Translations under genes and position numbers: made by a program
The notes under the pieces: model-generated
What the model saw: only the letters and a program-made list of their open reading frames with translations
What the model was told of the DNA's origin: nothing
Databases searched by the model: none
NCBI GenBank assembly: GCA_964035545.1
Contig: OZ037765.1
Coordinates: 30,255,504-30,319,503, forward strand
Origin: Bugula neritina
Lineage: Eukaryota > Animalia > Bryozoa
Reading direction: 5' to 3'
DNA length: 64,000 bases
In this document: positions 1 through 11,885 of the stretch, piece by piece
How the letters are laid out: the number at the start of each line of letters is the position of its first letter
How positions within the stretch are numbered: the stretch's first letter is position 1

Positions 1-216
1 TAATGTGCTGTTCACAAAGAAAAGCTTACATGATTCCAACAAGCAATAAATGTTTAATAGTGTAAGAAAAGGCTAAACCTGTTTCGCATTGCTATTGAAC
101 TTCATCAGCAACATAAATAAAAATAAACAGAAGGTAGAGCAAATGTAAATCAAGATGTTGCCAAGGAGACAAAACAATACCTGTCATCAAAATATGCCGA
201 AAAAAGATATTGCATA

Positions 217-1710
217 ATTGATAGTTGCACAGCACCTCCACTTATTTTGTTGTTAGAACATCAATGGAATGAATAAGGGAATAAAAAGCCACAGATAATA
301 TACGTATATTTCATACGTTGCTTTTAAATAATCAAACATAAAATACAGAGGGAAAATACAAAAATAACCATATGCAGTCTAGGCTGTGTTTTAGTATTGC
401 ATTAAAAATATCAATTTTTAATAAAATTTAAAAAGATCTGGAAGTTTCTATTGCTGCCTCATGGAGGAATTACATCACACTGCTGTCCTAAAGTGGCTTG
501 TTTAATGAGCAGAGCTTCTCTTTCTTGTCTTGGCAGACTGTTCTTGTAATATAGGTTGTGACCTGGTGTGAAATATTACATAACACTGTTGTGAAGGATG
601 ACATATGCTGCTAGCTTATGTACACATGTGTTGCAACAATGAAAGTATATTTGAAATAAAAAGTGTGCACAATATAAATTACTACAAATAAGTAATATAC
701 ATGTAAGCATTTATTATATACAAGTAATAAAATTATATATCTAAGCGTTAATACCCACAACTAAAAGACGTGCAATGCTAACATCAATTTCTTACAGACA
801 GGACAGTAGTTGTTGATTACGAAGAGATTTGCAGTCGTTGCATGAGCCATAAAAGGCCTTTAGGCTAAATAATTTGTATAGAGTATTGGAGGCAGAATAA
901 GATTCATATAAAGCACTTGGCACACGTGTCAAACATCAAACAACATCTTTTGCCGATTTGTCTCACTCTGTCTTGGTACTCGGGCTAAAAGTTGCATAAA
1001 TTAAATTGCAAACTAATAACAAAGTACAACGACATTTTAAAATATTCAGGTATAAGGGAGTGGCTAAAAACAAAAATAAACTATTTGCATATTGTCACAC
1101 ACTAGCATAATGCTAAAATTAGAAATTTAGTAATAATTTACAAATAAATCGACTGGTCACTTCATACAACATATCAAATGTGAAAAACTCTCTTACTGCA
1201 TGCAAATAAAGGAATAGCACTCTTATAAAATTGATTTCATTTTGACAACTGCTCGAGACACAATTTGTTCAAGTAAACAGGCCTGATAAGTACTCCATAA
1301 ATCACAAGAGAGATGGTATCAATAATAATCAAAGTAGATGATGCATGTCATATGAAACAAAGAGTAATAACATAAGTACAGTATACCCTGTAGAATAACC
1401 CACACTATACATTAAGTTAGTCTAGATGAGTTAGAAACATTTTTGCCTTTTTGAAGACAAAGAATTCATGTTTTACATTATAAAGCATTAAATTGTATTT
1501 CAAAAGTTATTAAAGACTGAAATGTTAAACCATAAGTAAGTACTTAGGTACTAATAATTTAGAATTAACTCAACATAACATTTAGGTAATATCAACAGAT
1601 ATCTTTGAACCTGTATACATTTAGTAATTACATAACTATCATCTCAGTTTTACTGAAGTATAACTAACTAAACCCCAATCTTAGATCATCTCAACTGAAT
1701 ACTTTTTTGA
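217..1710 (-). pseudogene. Inverted partial duplicate of the DUS1L 3' end (intron 7, degraded exon 8, last exon and 3' UTR)
   Basis: The reverse complement of ~340-611 matches ~8250-8522; the last exon has one substitution (GAA>GGA). ~985-1425 matches ~6925-7365 and ~1597-1710 matches ~6815-6927. The exon 8 copy (~905-985) has an 8-nt deletion plus a larger deletion. Exon 9 is not recognisable. Confidence 0.9.
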
Positions 1711-2119
1711 AACTATTCTACTTTTTTGGAATTGTCATTTGGCATGAATATTAAAGTTTTAAAAATATAGTTGAGACTGAAGTAAAGAGGTTAATACTGC
1801 CTAAAAGATACAATTGATTACTACTTATATTCTATATTGTCTTTAATATGTGTCAGCAGCAGGTATAAGATTATGGTAAACATAATAATTTTCAGATAAT
1901 AGATATTGGGACTGCATTATAGTTTTTATAACTGCTATAGCAAACTGTTATAATTAATGGTCTCTTTTGCTCCTAGGAGTTGTGCACACTGTGAACTACA
2001 TACAGAGTGATGTTGCTTCTTTAGATGCTACTAATAACATAACTCCTTGTATTTTAGTTAAAACATTTTAATGGTCAAATGGCACTAAAGGCTATAAATT
2101 AGGTAACTCTGCTAAAATA

Positions 2120-2340
2120 AATGCAGTTCAAGGTCACCGGAGCTACGAAATGCGGATTTATTGAAGACTTTTTAACTTCTGCCATCCAGTTCACTTTTCT
2201 TTACATCATTAAAGAGCTTAAAATCTGCTGATCAACTTCTTTTAGAGATATATGCGTTAGAAAAATATTTATTGCGTTTTAGAAGGGGCAAAGTGTCATT
2301 TGAATAAAATATCTAATATTAAATCAAGTCAAATAGTACG
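2120..2340 (+). promoter_or_regulatory. Putative DUS1L promoter / 5' UTR exon region
   Basis: CpG-containing patch in AT-rich DNA with TCAAGGTCA at 2128-2136. Donor-like GTACGT at 2336 and acceptor TTTTTAG ending 3116, just before ATG 3127. Confidence 0.4.
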
Positions 2341-2344
2341 TTCT

Positions 2345-2830
2345 GCCTCTGGCAATTCTGAATTCATCATGATCATTATGATTATGTTCATCATGTTGAT
2401 GTTCAGATGCTGGTTCATAAATAATTATATTAGTTGCTGATATTAGTTTTAAATTTTATTATAATTTAGCATTAAGCATTATTAACATCAACAATGTTTT
2501 GAATTTGAGCAGAGTAAAATTTAAATTTAATAAACATAATGTTAATAATGTTTTAGTAATACTAATAGTTGATAAAATAATAATTAAATTAATTATAACA
2601 GTCATAATTATAATAATAATATTCTTATTGATATTTTTAAACTTAAAGTTAATATAAATATTAATAATTTTATGAAAAATAACTTTAAATATAAAATTTA
2701 AGTTGAATATAAACTATTTAAATTATTATTAAGAATTAAGGTAATGACTGAAAGTGAAACGTTTTAAAACGAGAATAATAAATCAAAATGCATAATAAAA
2801 TTTTAAGCTTGCAATTGCTGATAGTGATAA
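2345..2830. repeat. Degenerate period-3/6 low-complexity tract (ATCATG/ATTATG/ATAATT-like)
   Basis: Visible cryptic trinucleotide/hexanucleotide periodicity. Confidence 0.6.
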
Positions 2831-3126
2831 TTTTAAAGTAAAGACTTATAGCATTAATTTTGCTATCAAACTACTTCTGTTTGAAGTATAGTATTTTTGC
2901 ACACTAAAGAAGTGTTATTTACCAATATACAGCTGGTATAAACTTACTATAAATAATAACAGCAAAATTTCATATTTATTGGTATAATATACCAGACCTT
3001 CACATTTATTTTTTTAAAAATGATTGTGTTGTTTGTTTAAAATTTGTTGGAATAATTTTCAAAACTTGTTTTTGGAATTCCAGTCAACATTCTAATCAAA
3101 CTTACTCTGTTTTTAGACCCTGAAAA

Positions 3127-6100
3127 ATGGAAAGGCCAATCAATGACGACTCTGTACAGGCTAGTAAATTGGAAGGATTTAATTTCTGGAAAGAAACACT
3201 AAAAGAAGCCCGGTTAGTAAAACACAGAACTACACACATTTGGCGATTATTTACACATACCATGAGCACTATGTGTACAGTGATAACTAGACATGAGCTT
3301 CTGCACTCAGCATAGTGCTCTTTTCTATTACTCTATTTATACAGTATATTCATTCATATAGCTGAACAGTTTCTTATGTGTTTTCATATAATATTTTACT
3401 GATTTCATCTACTGTGAAAGGCTTTATTAAAGCAAAACTTTGTATTCATTGCATCTGTTTTTACTTCAACTTTGTCTCAGCATTAGTTATCTTGTGTTAT
3501 ATCTCTGTATTACACTGCATTTCCATGAAAGCGAATGAATGTATGGATGGGTTAATTGTGGTTTGTGGTTTGCATTAACTTATAATTAGCCGAATTAACA
3601 AATCATAATGCGATAATGGAAACGATAATGGAAACGTAGTGATGGTTATGCTGTGGTTTAATTCTCCGTATTAGTTATTTAGTGCGATGCTGTTATTGCA
3701 GCCATGTTGTGGCACCCATGGTAGACCAGAGTGAGCTGGCGTGGCGCATGCTGTCAAGGAATCACAATGCTCACCTGTGTTACACTCCAATGCTGCACTC
3801 GAGTGTCTTTGTCAGAGATGCTTCGTACAGACAGGAGAACCTGCAGACCTGTGAACAGGACCGACCTCTCATTGTTCAGGTTATTAGCTTACAGATGGCT
3901 CTACGTTACTGGTTCCACTCTCGCATATTTGTTTGACGATGTAACCAAAGCTAACTCCTTCCTATAAAACTTATTAATATATTGTTTTTGCAAAAAAAAA
4001 ACTCTATTAAACTTTTTATTAATATTTTTTCAACTCTCTTTTTCATAATTTAAATTGTTTTTAAAAGAGCAAATTCTTGTTGGAGTTGTGCATAATTTGA
4101 TTTTTTTGCGGTTATAATGCTGGAGAGTTGTGAGTTAGACTTAGATCTTAGAAAGTAGTAGGCTGGCTTGGTTCAGCTCTCATCTGATCTAGTAGCTCAG
4201 TAACTCCTGGGCTACCTGTTGGTCTCAGTGTCACGGTTGTGATCACACAATAGTATAGTTCGTAGGTCATCACGTTGCAAGTATTCCTAACTTTGAATCT
4301 ACTTGCTGCAATACTTGTGTCATTCTATGTAAACATGTTCGAGGTTATGCTGTGATACTTACAGTTCTGTGGTAACAAAGTGGACACCTTTGTAAAGGCC
4401 GGTCTCTTAGCCCAGCACATGTGCGATGCTATTGACATTAACTTGGGATGCCCCCAGTCTATAGCTAAACGAGGCCGTTACGGGGCTTTTCTACAAGACG
4501 AGTGGAAACTGTTGAAGGAGATTGGTAAGTAGGCCAAGAGCATTCGTTTACTGTTTTCTAGTTACTGAACTGCTTTCTGTTGGTCAAGTTTTGCTTGGTG
4601 AAACTACTTTTTGTAGAATATCAATTATGTGAATTAAAAGCTAAATGAATAAAAAATGTCTTACTCTTGGTATTTTAATATTATTCAACAAATTAGCGGT
4701 AACCAGCTTACTGTTTATATTAAGTAATGCAGTATATGTTGTGGGAGCAGCCGTAGTCTAGGGGGTTAGACTTGTGGATTAGTAAACATGAAGTCATGGG
4801 TTCGCGCCCCGTAAAGGCCATTGGTGATGTTAGGAAGAGCATCCAGTCATAATTGCTCCTGTGCCTCATTTGAATACTTTCTTAGCTCACTTTAAAAAAA
4901 AACTTTTCAATCTGGGGTTCTCACAGGGATGGTGACTATCAACTTGTGTGAGTTTATGTTGTGAAAACCAAGTTGTTGGTCTGTGATATGATTAGTTATT
5001 AAATGAGACTTATTGTCAGAGACATGTAACTTCCTGTTTAGTGTCAGAGTGTCACAAAACGTGGAGTGTACCCATCACTGCTAAGATACGAATCTTCCCT
5101 TCAGTGGAGAAGACGGTGGAGTATGCTAAGATGCTGGAGGAGGCTGGTGCCCAGCTACTGACTGTACACGGTAGAACCAGAGACCAGAAGGGGCCACTCA
5201 CAGGTCTAGCTTCCTGGTTACACATCAGAAAAGTGAGGTGAGTCACTACTATGGCTTTATTCTGCATATTATTCCTGCTACATGCTATACCTGCTACAGA
5301 TTATACCTGCTACAGATTATACCCGCTACATATGTTATCTTGTGCAGCTATACGGTTAGATAATTCAATACTCGATGTTACAGGGAAGCAGTGAAGATTC
5401 CGGTATTTGCTAATGGCAACATTCAGTACCTCAGTGACGTGACTCAGTGTATGGAGGAAACCGGCGTCCAGGGGGTTATGATTGCAGGTAAGTGTTGTCT
5501 ACTTTCTTTGTTCAATGAGCGGGGAAACAATTTCTTATTAAATACATTTCATGAGGAGTTGTCCTCTATTTTTGGTTTAACTATTAAAGTCACATTAAGT
5601 TGACCTTTGTTAATTAATCTGATGTTTTGGGATATAAAGAACTTTACTATGTTTATGAAATCATATTGATCTCTAAACACTGTACTATATAGACAATATA
5701 TGACTGTCCTCTTTTCCAATATAAATAACTTTAGTTTTTACCACAATTTGTATAAACAGAAGGGAGTCTTCACAATCCCGCCCTGTTTGATGGGGTGAAC
5801 CCACCTGTCTGGGAGATGGTGGAAGAGTATTTACAACTGGTGAGCCAGTATCCTTGCAGTCTCACTTATATCCGTGGGCACATCTTCAAGATGTGCATAC
5901 ATTCGTGAGTGTTGAACCCGTACTTGTGTATTACACTTTGTATAAATATAGATCCGGACAAAGTGGGTAAAAGTCATATAGAACATACATGTATAAAATT
6001 TTAGTTGCCTGAAACAAGTTTGCGGTGCAAATAAAGTTGAACGACACTTTCTTACCTAAAGTTTGTAGAGTATGTATCTTATTTAACTTGAACACTGTTA

Positions 6101-8402
6101 CCTGTTGTTGTATGTCACTGCCTGTTTGTTCATTACAACACTCGTGAGATTGGTTGAGAAAGACTTATAAAAAATCATTCTAAAATAAAAATTTGATGAA
6201 ATTTTTCGTTAAGCTCCATTTATTTATGATGTGTTTTTACAAAAAATCTGGCAAATGTTTTGCTTTCAGGTTTACTTTTAGGTTTTTTATTTTCAATATA
6301 TGTATCTGATGGTGTTTACGTACTAGTTATATATTGTTGCCTTGTGTACTATGTTTACAGGTTTGATGTTTACAACGATTGGAGAATCAGACTAGGGGAA
6401 TGCAAGTCACTAAATGCTGTCACACAGGTGATGAGTGAATTTATAGAGATGTTGAAGAAAGATGAGAGAAAGTACCAGGAAACACCTGAAGCATTCAACT
6501 TTAGTAAACTAAAGTTTCCATATTGGATTTGTCAGCCATATGTTAGACCAGAGTGAGTGTGTCAGAAAACTCAAGTTGTTGATTATTAGGATGAGAACAA
6601 TATTCTACACTATAGTATACAGGAAAACATTAATACCCTATTACACTGCCTCTATAGTATTGCCTCATTATAACTTATTGGTTAATACCCGTTTACAGTT
6701 AACATTTTAGCCTTGAATAGCTTTTGACAATATTTTGAATTAAGTTTAAGTTTGCAGCTAGATATTATTTTACATGTGTTTTATGCATTATAAGTACTAA
6801 TATTATGCATGGAAAATTAAGTATTCAGTTAAGACACGCTAAGATTGGGGTTTAGTTAGTTATACTTGAGTGAAACTGAGATGATAGTTATGTAATTACT
6901 AAATGTATACAGGTTCAAAGATATCTAGACTAACTTAATGTATAATGTGGGTTATTCTACAGGGTATACTGTACTCATGTTATTACTCTTTGTTTCATAT
7001 GACATGCATCATCTACTCTTATTATTATTGATACCATCTCTCTTGTGATTTATGGAGTACTTATCAGGCCTGTTTACTTGAATAAATTGTGTCTCAAGCA
7101 GTTGTCAAATGAAATCAATTTTATAAGAGTGCTGTTCCTTTATTTGCATGCGACAAGAGAGTTTTTCACATTTGATACGTTGTATGAAGTACCCAGTCAA
7201 TTTATTTGTAAATTATTACTAAATTTCTAATTTTAGCATTATGCTAGTGTGTGACAATATGCAAATAGTTTATTTTTGTTTTTAGCCACTCCCTTATACC
7301 TGAATATTTTAAAATGTCATTGTACTTTGTTATTAGGTTGTAATTTAGTTTATGCAACTTTTAGCCCGAGTACCAAGACAGACAAACCGAGTGAGGCAAA
7401 GCGGCAGAGGATGTTGTGTGATGAGTCACTACCCGAACACCTGCAGGGCCTCTCTAAAAAGAAGCTTAGAAAAGCTCTGCAGAAACCCAACAAATCTCTT
7501 GGCAACATCCACAATCCTGGCAGAGGCAAATTTGAAATGTGTGCCGAGTGCAAAACAAATGCCAGAGTGAGTGCTAGGAACAGACCCCATTTTATCCCCA
7601 ATACTCTATACTCTATAGTCTATATATAGTATACGGCTCATGCAATGTGTCTGAACATATCAGTTTTTTGGTAAAATTGATAAAGTAAAAAAATGTTGCT
7701 GGTGTTGGAAAAGTAATTAATAAACTCATTTTTGTTAAAATTATTTTTGTTAAACTACACCAGTTACTACCCAGCTTCGTATATATTCTAATTTTGTGAT
7801 ATTCTTGTGTTGAAGGGTCAGAAATGTGAGAAACTATTATGTAAAGTGTGCTGTCGAAAAATGGCCAGACAGAATTCTATCAACTGTTCAGGTATTTCCT
7901 CTTGACCAATCAGCTTGCAGCTTATTTCATGGAGATGTGTGACTTGAAGATATTTTGTACTTACTATATTTCATATCTAATCTGTATAGAAATTACCAAA
8001 ATATTTTCAAGCTATTAAGAAGCTCTCTAATACTAATTTTTTTTCATCAAACACTGTACACGTGTATCTGACGGCATGCAACAATAAAAATTCAAAATCT
8101 CAATATTCATTAAATACATGCGAGATTTTTAGTTATAACAATCTTAAAGATATATGCATGTGTTATTTGTTCATGGTTTTATATGCAACGCAGAATGAAT
8201 GTGCATATCTTAACATGCTGTATACACTGACGTTATAACAAATATCTATGCAGCATATGTCATCCTTCACAACAGTGTTATGTAATATTTCACACCAGGT
8301 CACAACCTATATTACAAGAACAGTCTGCCAAGACAAGAAAGAGAAGCTCTGCTCATTAAACAAGCCACTTTAGAACAGCAGTGTGATGTAATTCCTCCAT
8401 GA
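3127..8402 (+). CDS. DUS1L: tRNA-dihydrouridine(16/17) synthase 1-like, 10 exons, ~480 aa
   Basis: Exons 3127-3212, 3702-3879, 4365-4524, 5042-5237, 5384-5487, 5760-5904, 6361-6552, 7365-7566, 7816-7891, 8299-8402 splice in frame with GT-AG. Motifs: [72 protein letters not shown] and a C-terminal Cys-rich region. Confidence 0.95.
4743..4957 (+). mobile_element. tRNA-derived SINE, family A, near full length
   Basis: Head with A box TAGTCTAGGGG and B box GGTTCGCGCCC. Body TTGGTGATGTTAGGAAGAGCATCCAGTCATAATTGCTCCTGTGCCTCAT is shared with copies at 11681, 29163(-) and 59144(-). Confidence 0.85.
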
Positions 8403-9574
8403 GGCAGCAATAGAAACTTTCAGATCTTCTTAAATTTTATCAAAGATTGATATTTTTAATGCAATACTAAAACACAGCCTAAACTGCATATAGTTATTTT
8501 TGTATTTTTCCTCTGTATTTTACGATAAATTATTCATAGACAATACATAAAGTATATATAATATCTGATTCTACTTTATTACCACATCTTCTTCATTAGT
8601 ATTCTAACAACAGAATGAGTGGAGGTGCTCTACAACTATCAATAGATCCTTTTCCAATTTACATTTAAAAGTTGTTTGCTCCTACCAGCGATTTAGTTCA
8701 ACCATAAAATAAAAAGCAAACTCATTAAAAACTTTTATGTTGGATTGCTACACAAAATTCCAACTATGCCATAGAATTGTTGTAGTGGAATTATGGAGGA
8801 GTCATCCACAATCTACAAGGTAATTACCATAAATTATATGCATATAATACTGTTATAGTAAATCACTAAGGCATAGCCTGCATATCAGTAACAGCTATAC
8901 AGTAAATTGTAGCAGGATACCACAAGATCCCATTACAACAGAATTGTTCGTTTAGTAGATAAATATTTTGGTGTGCCTAATGGTTGTGGGGAAGCACTCA
9001 TGCCCCTACCCTCATTACAATATTTACTTTGCTGGTATAAAAATGCAGATAAGAAGGCCGCCTCTTATGCCTCTGTTAAACGTTTATCAGTCACACAACT
9101 AAGCCTTTTCTGCCAAGAGTTATACATTAAACACACTGCTGAGGAACGAAGTTAAGTCAACCTTTGACATAGCAACCAATTGCTCCTGAAATATTTCTTT
9201 TGACTGGTCTAGCCACTTCATAGTTGTCTTGCCAGCAGGTAAGATGGCTTGGAAAATATTTGTTAAATTTCTATTGTGCAAAGGAGTGCTCTGTTCCCAG
9301 CTTATTAGGACATTTCTAAGCTGCTGTGGTTGCTAGCAATTCTACCTTTTGAAAAAGAACACCAACAAATAGGTTGATGCACATTCATCATAATCATGTT
9401 AATATTGAAAGTGTGGGCATTGTATAATTTACATGTACTATTGTATAGTTGATCAAAACTTGCTTTAGCATGATTGTAATATTTCATTTATAATCGTAGC
9501 AAACTATGACTGTTTTTGCTAATTGTTGTTTTATAATATGTGTAATATCTTAATTTATTACACATTATAATATA

Positions 9575-9735
9575 TCTCTAGTTTTTAGCCATTTTTTGCT
9601 GTTTAGCCGCTAATGTAGACCGTATATAGTTTTTTCATCAAACTAACACAATATTAACAAATACAACTGAATAAGTAAGGTTCTTTTCTACTTTTGCTCC
9701 ATTTCCTATGTTTTATCCTAATTTTATAGCAAACT
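9575..9735 (+). mobile_element. Fragment of the MITE-like family seen at 10916 and 60815
   Basis: Shares TCTAGTTTTT(A/G)GC...GCTAATGTA...AAACTAA..AATATTAA..AATACAA with 60845-60990. Confidence 0.6.
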
Positions 9736-10774
9736 TGAGTGTGCGGCGTAATGCATTTTTCACACAAGAAACTGATTACAAAATTAAAAAACTTCAACTA
9801 TCAGAATCTCTCTACTGTTATAGGTTATAGAATATATAGCTACACTAGGCCTGCAGGTACAGAAGTACAAATGTTAATAAGACATCACAGCCTATGAGTT
9901 TCTACAGGCAAGTTGTTTGACATTAGCATTTGTTTATTGATATTGTTATAATTTCCAGAATTGTGGGTTGGTGTGCAATCCAGAGAGTCTTATTTACTAT
10001 ACTAGAGAAACTTCGCCGGTATAAGTCGAGTTAACACTAATATATTTTATACACAAGAATACATCACAAAAACTACAGTAACACAAATACATTCAGCTAA
10101 TTGATACAGTCTATACAGTTCGCCAGTTTAAACTCAACTAACTAAAGCTACTACTACTAAAAGCTGTCAGTCCTGCGGATTGGTTGTCTGCTGTTTCGGG
10201 TCATCTCAATGACCCCGTGCTGCACTCGTGGAGGAAATAACATTTCCCGTTATTATGCTGGTAGCTCCACGAGCCACCACAATATTTGCTATTCGAAAAT
10301 TAACATAATATATCGACTTACTGAGTTAAGCTCGGTGCTCTATAGCCATAGGTCTTGATAAGTTTGAGATAAAGTTTCAAATACATTTGTGCAAAAGTTG
10401 AATACTTTTTACTACATAACTTGATCTGTTACAGCAGCTTCAGAGAGAGGTCTATAGCTATTCCTGTGAGTTTATTTATTATTAACTTGTTCAATAAACA
10501 TAGGCATGCATGAAAGCCAAGTCTTTCAAAAAAAGTTTTCGGGCTTTAAAATAGTGAATCATAATCTACAACCAAATGCCAAATTAATTTTTCAAAATAA
10601 GTTGAACAAAAATCTTTGTTTCTCCTAAAAATAAAATAGACTGAGCTTTTCAAGTTGATTTCAAGATTGGTTGACTTTTGCCAGGTAGGCTACATTCAAC
10701 TACAGCAATTTATAAAAGATATTAGCTTAAGGTATGTTCTAAGCTTTTGCAAGTTTCTGAGCAACTAATCTTGT

Positions 10775-10852
10775 AAAGACTTACGCTCCACCGGGACTCG
10801 AGCCACAGACGTTCAACTTGCAAGTCAGCTTGCTTACCATTATGGGGCCACT
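10775..10852 (-). mobile_element. Degenerate tRNA-like SINE head, family B
   Basis: The minus strand reads AGTGGCCCCATAATGGTAAGCAAGCTGACTTGCAAGTTGAACGTCTGTGGCTCGAGTCCCGGTGGAGC, which resembles 18718-18792. Confidence 0.55.
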
Positions 10853-10915
10853 AGGGAATCACAATAATTAAAAATATCCTACCAAGATTTTGACTTTTCT
10901 ATTGCTCCATAGGCC

Positions 10916-11212
10916 ATTTTATGTAATTTAGTACACAGGCGGTATCTCTAGTTTTTGGCTATTTTTCTCAATACATGCAACTGTTAATGTATATGGTTTG
11001 TTTTGCCCAAAACTAATAAAATAGGCTATTAACAATATAATATATTTAACTCATATGCACGGCAATGACATTGCATTTTGATGTTGCAAGACCTTTGTGT
11101 AATACATATTCAGAATCAGCACATTCAATTAACCCTTACAGTAAATTTTCATGACTTTTGAGCAAACTTTAATTTTTGGTTCTGATTTGCTGATGTGTAC
11201 TAAATAAAGTAA
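10916..11212 (+). mobile_element. MITE-like non-autonomous DNA element with terminal inverted repeats
   Basis: ATTTAGTACACA (10926-10937) and TGTGTACTAAAT (11194-11205) form a perfect 12-bp inverted repeat. The interior is homologous to 60815-61218. Confidence 0.7.
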
Positions 11213-11680
11213 CATGACCCTCATCTCGATCATTATATCAGTGGATAAGAGACACTATATAAGCATAAAATGCCAGGTCTGAGATTGTGTTAGCTATCTC
11301 AAGTAGTGGTGAAAGCCGAAAGAAAATAGTGCAGTAATCATAACATCTAAGATGCCACAAAGTCTCGGTTGATTTTACTCACATTAAAAAGGAAAGAACA
11401 GTGAATTACCTTTTTGCATTATAGAAAAAAATATGAATTTGCCTTTTTATTTCAGTTTGTGATTTCTAAAATTTTTTTATAGGATAGAGATTATGATGCG
11501 TGTTTAATCATTCACTATTTATTCACTAATTTCGCAAACACTATTGAAGGCAATGGGTTATTACTTGAGGATACTCTAAGTTAAGGAGACCCCCAAGAAA
11601 AATAGTGGGTGGGGGTACAGCATACCCTTCGATGGTGGTAAGCTGCAGTTGTTTTTAAAATATTTTATCAGCATGGCAGT

Positions 11681-11885
11681 GAGGAGCAGCCGTGGTCTAA
11701 GGGTTAGAGCGTTTGCCCATAGTAAGTACAAAGTCATGGGTTGTAGCCCTAAAAAGGCCATTGGTGATGTTTAGAAGAGCATCCAGTCATAATGGCTCCT
11801 GTGCCTCATCTGAACAAGTCCTTAGCCCAATTTAACAAAAAACTTTTTCTATGAGGGAAAGCGACTATAAACTTGTGCGAGTTTA
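11681..11885 (+). mobile_element. tRNA-derived SINE, family A
   Basis: GGAGCAGCCGTGGTCTAAGGGTTAGAG...GGCCATTGGTGATGTTTAGAAGAGCATCCAGTCATAA...GACTATAAACTTGTGCGAGTTT. Confidence 0.85.

Noticed and set aside
2120-2190. Minus-strand MAEVKKSSINPHFVAPVTLN as a remnant of the DUS1 N-terminus (HVVAPMV)
   Set aside because: Only a 3-4 residue resemblance with no nucleotide-level similarity to 3702-3730.
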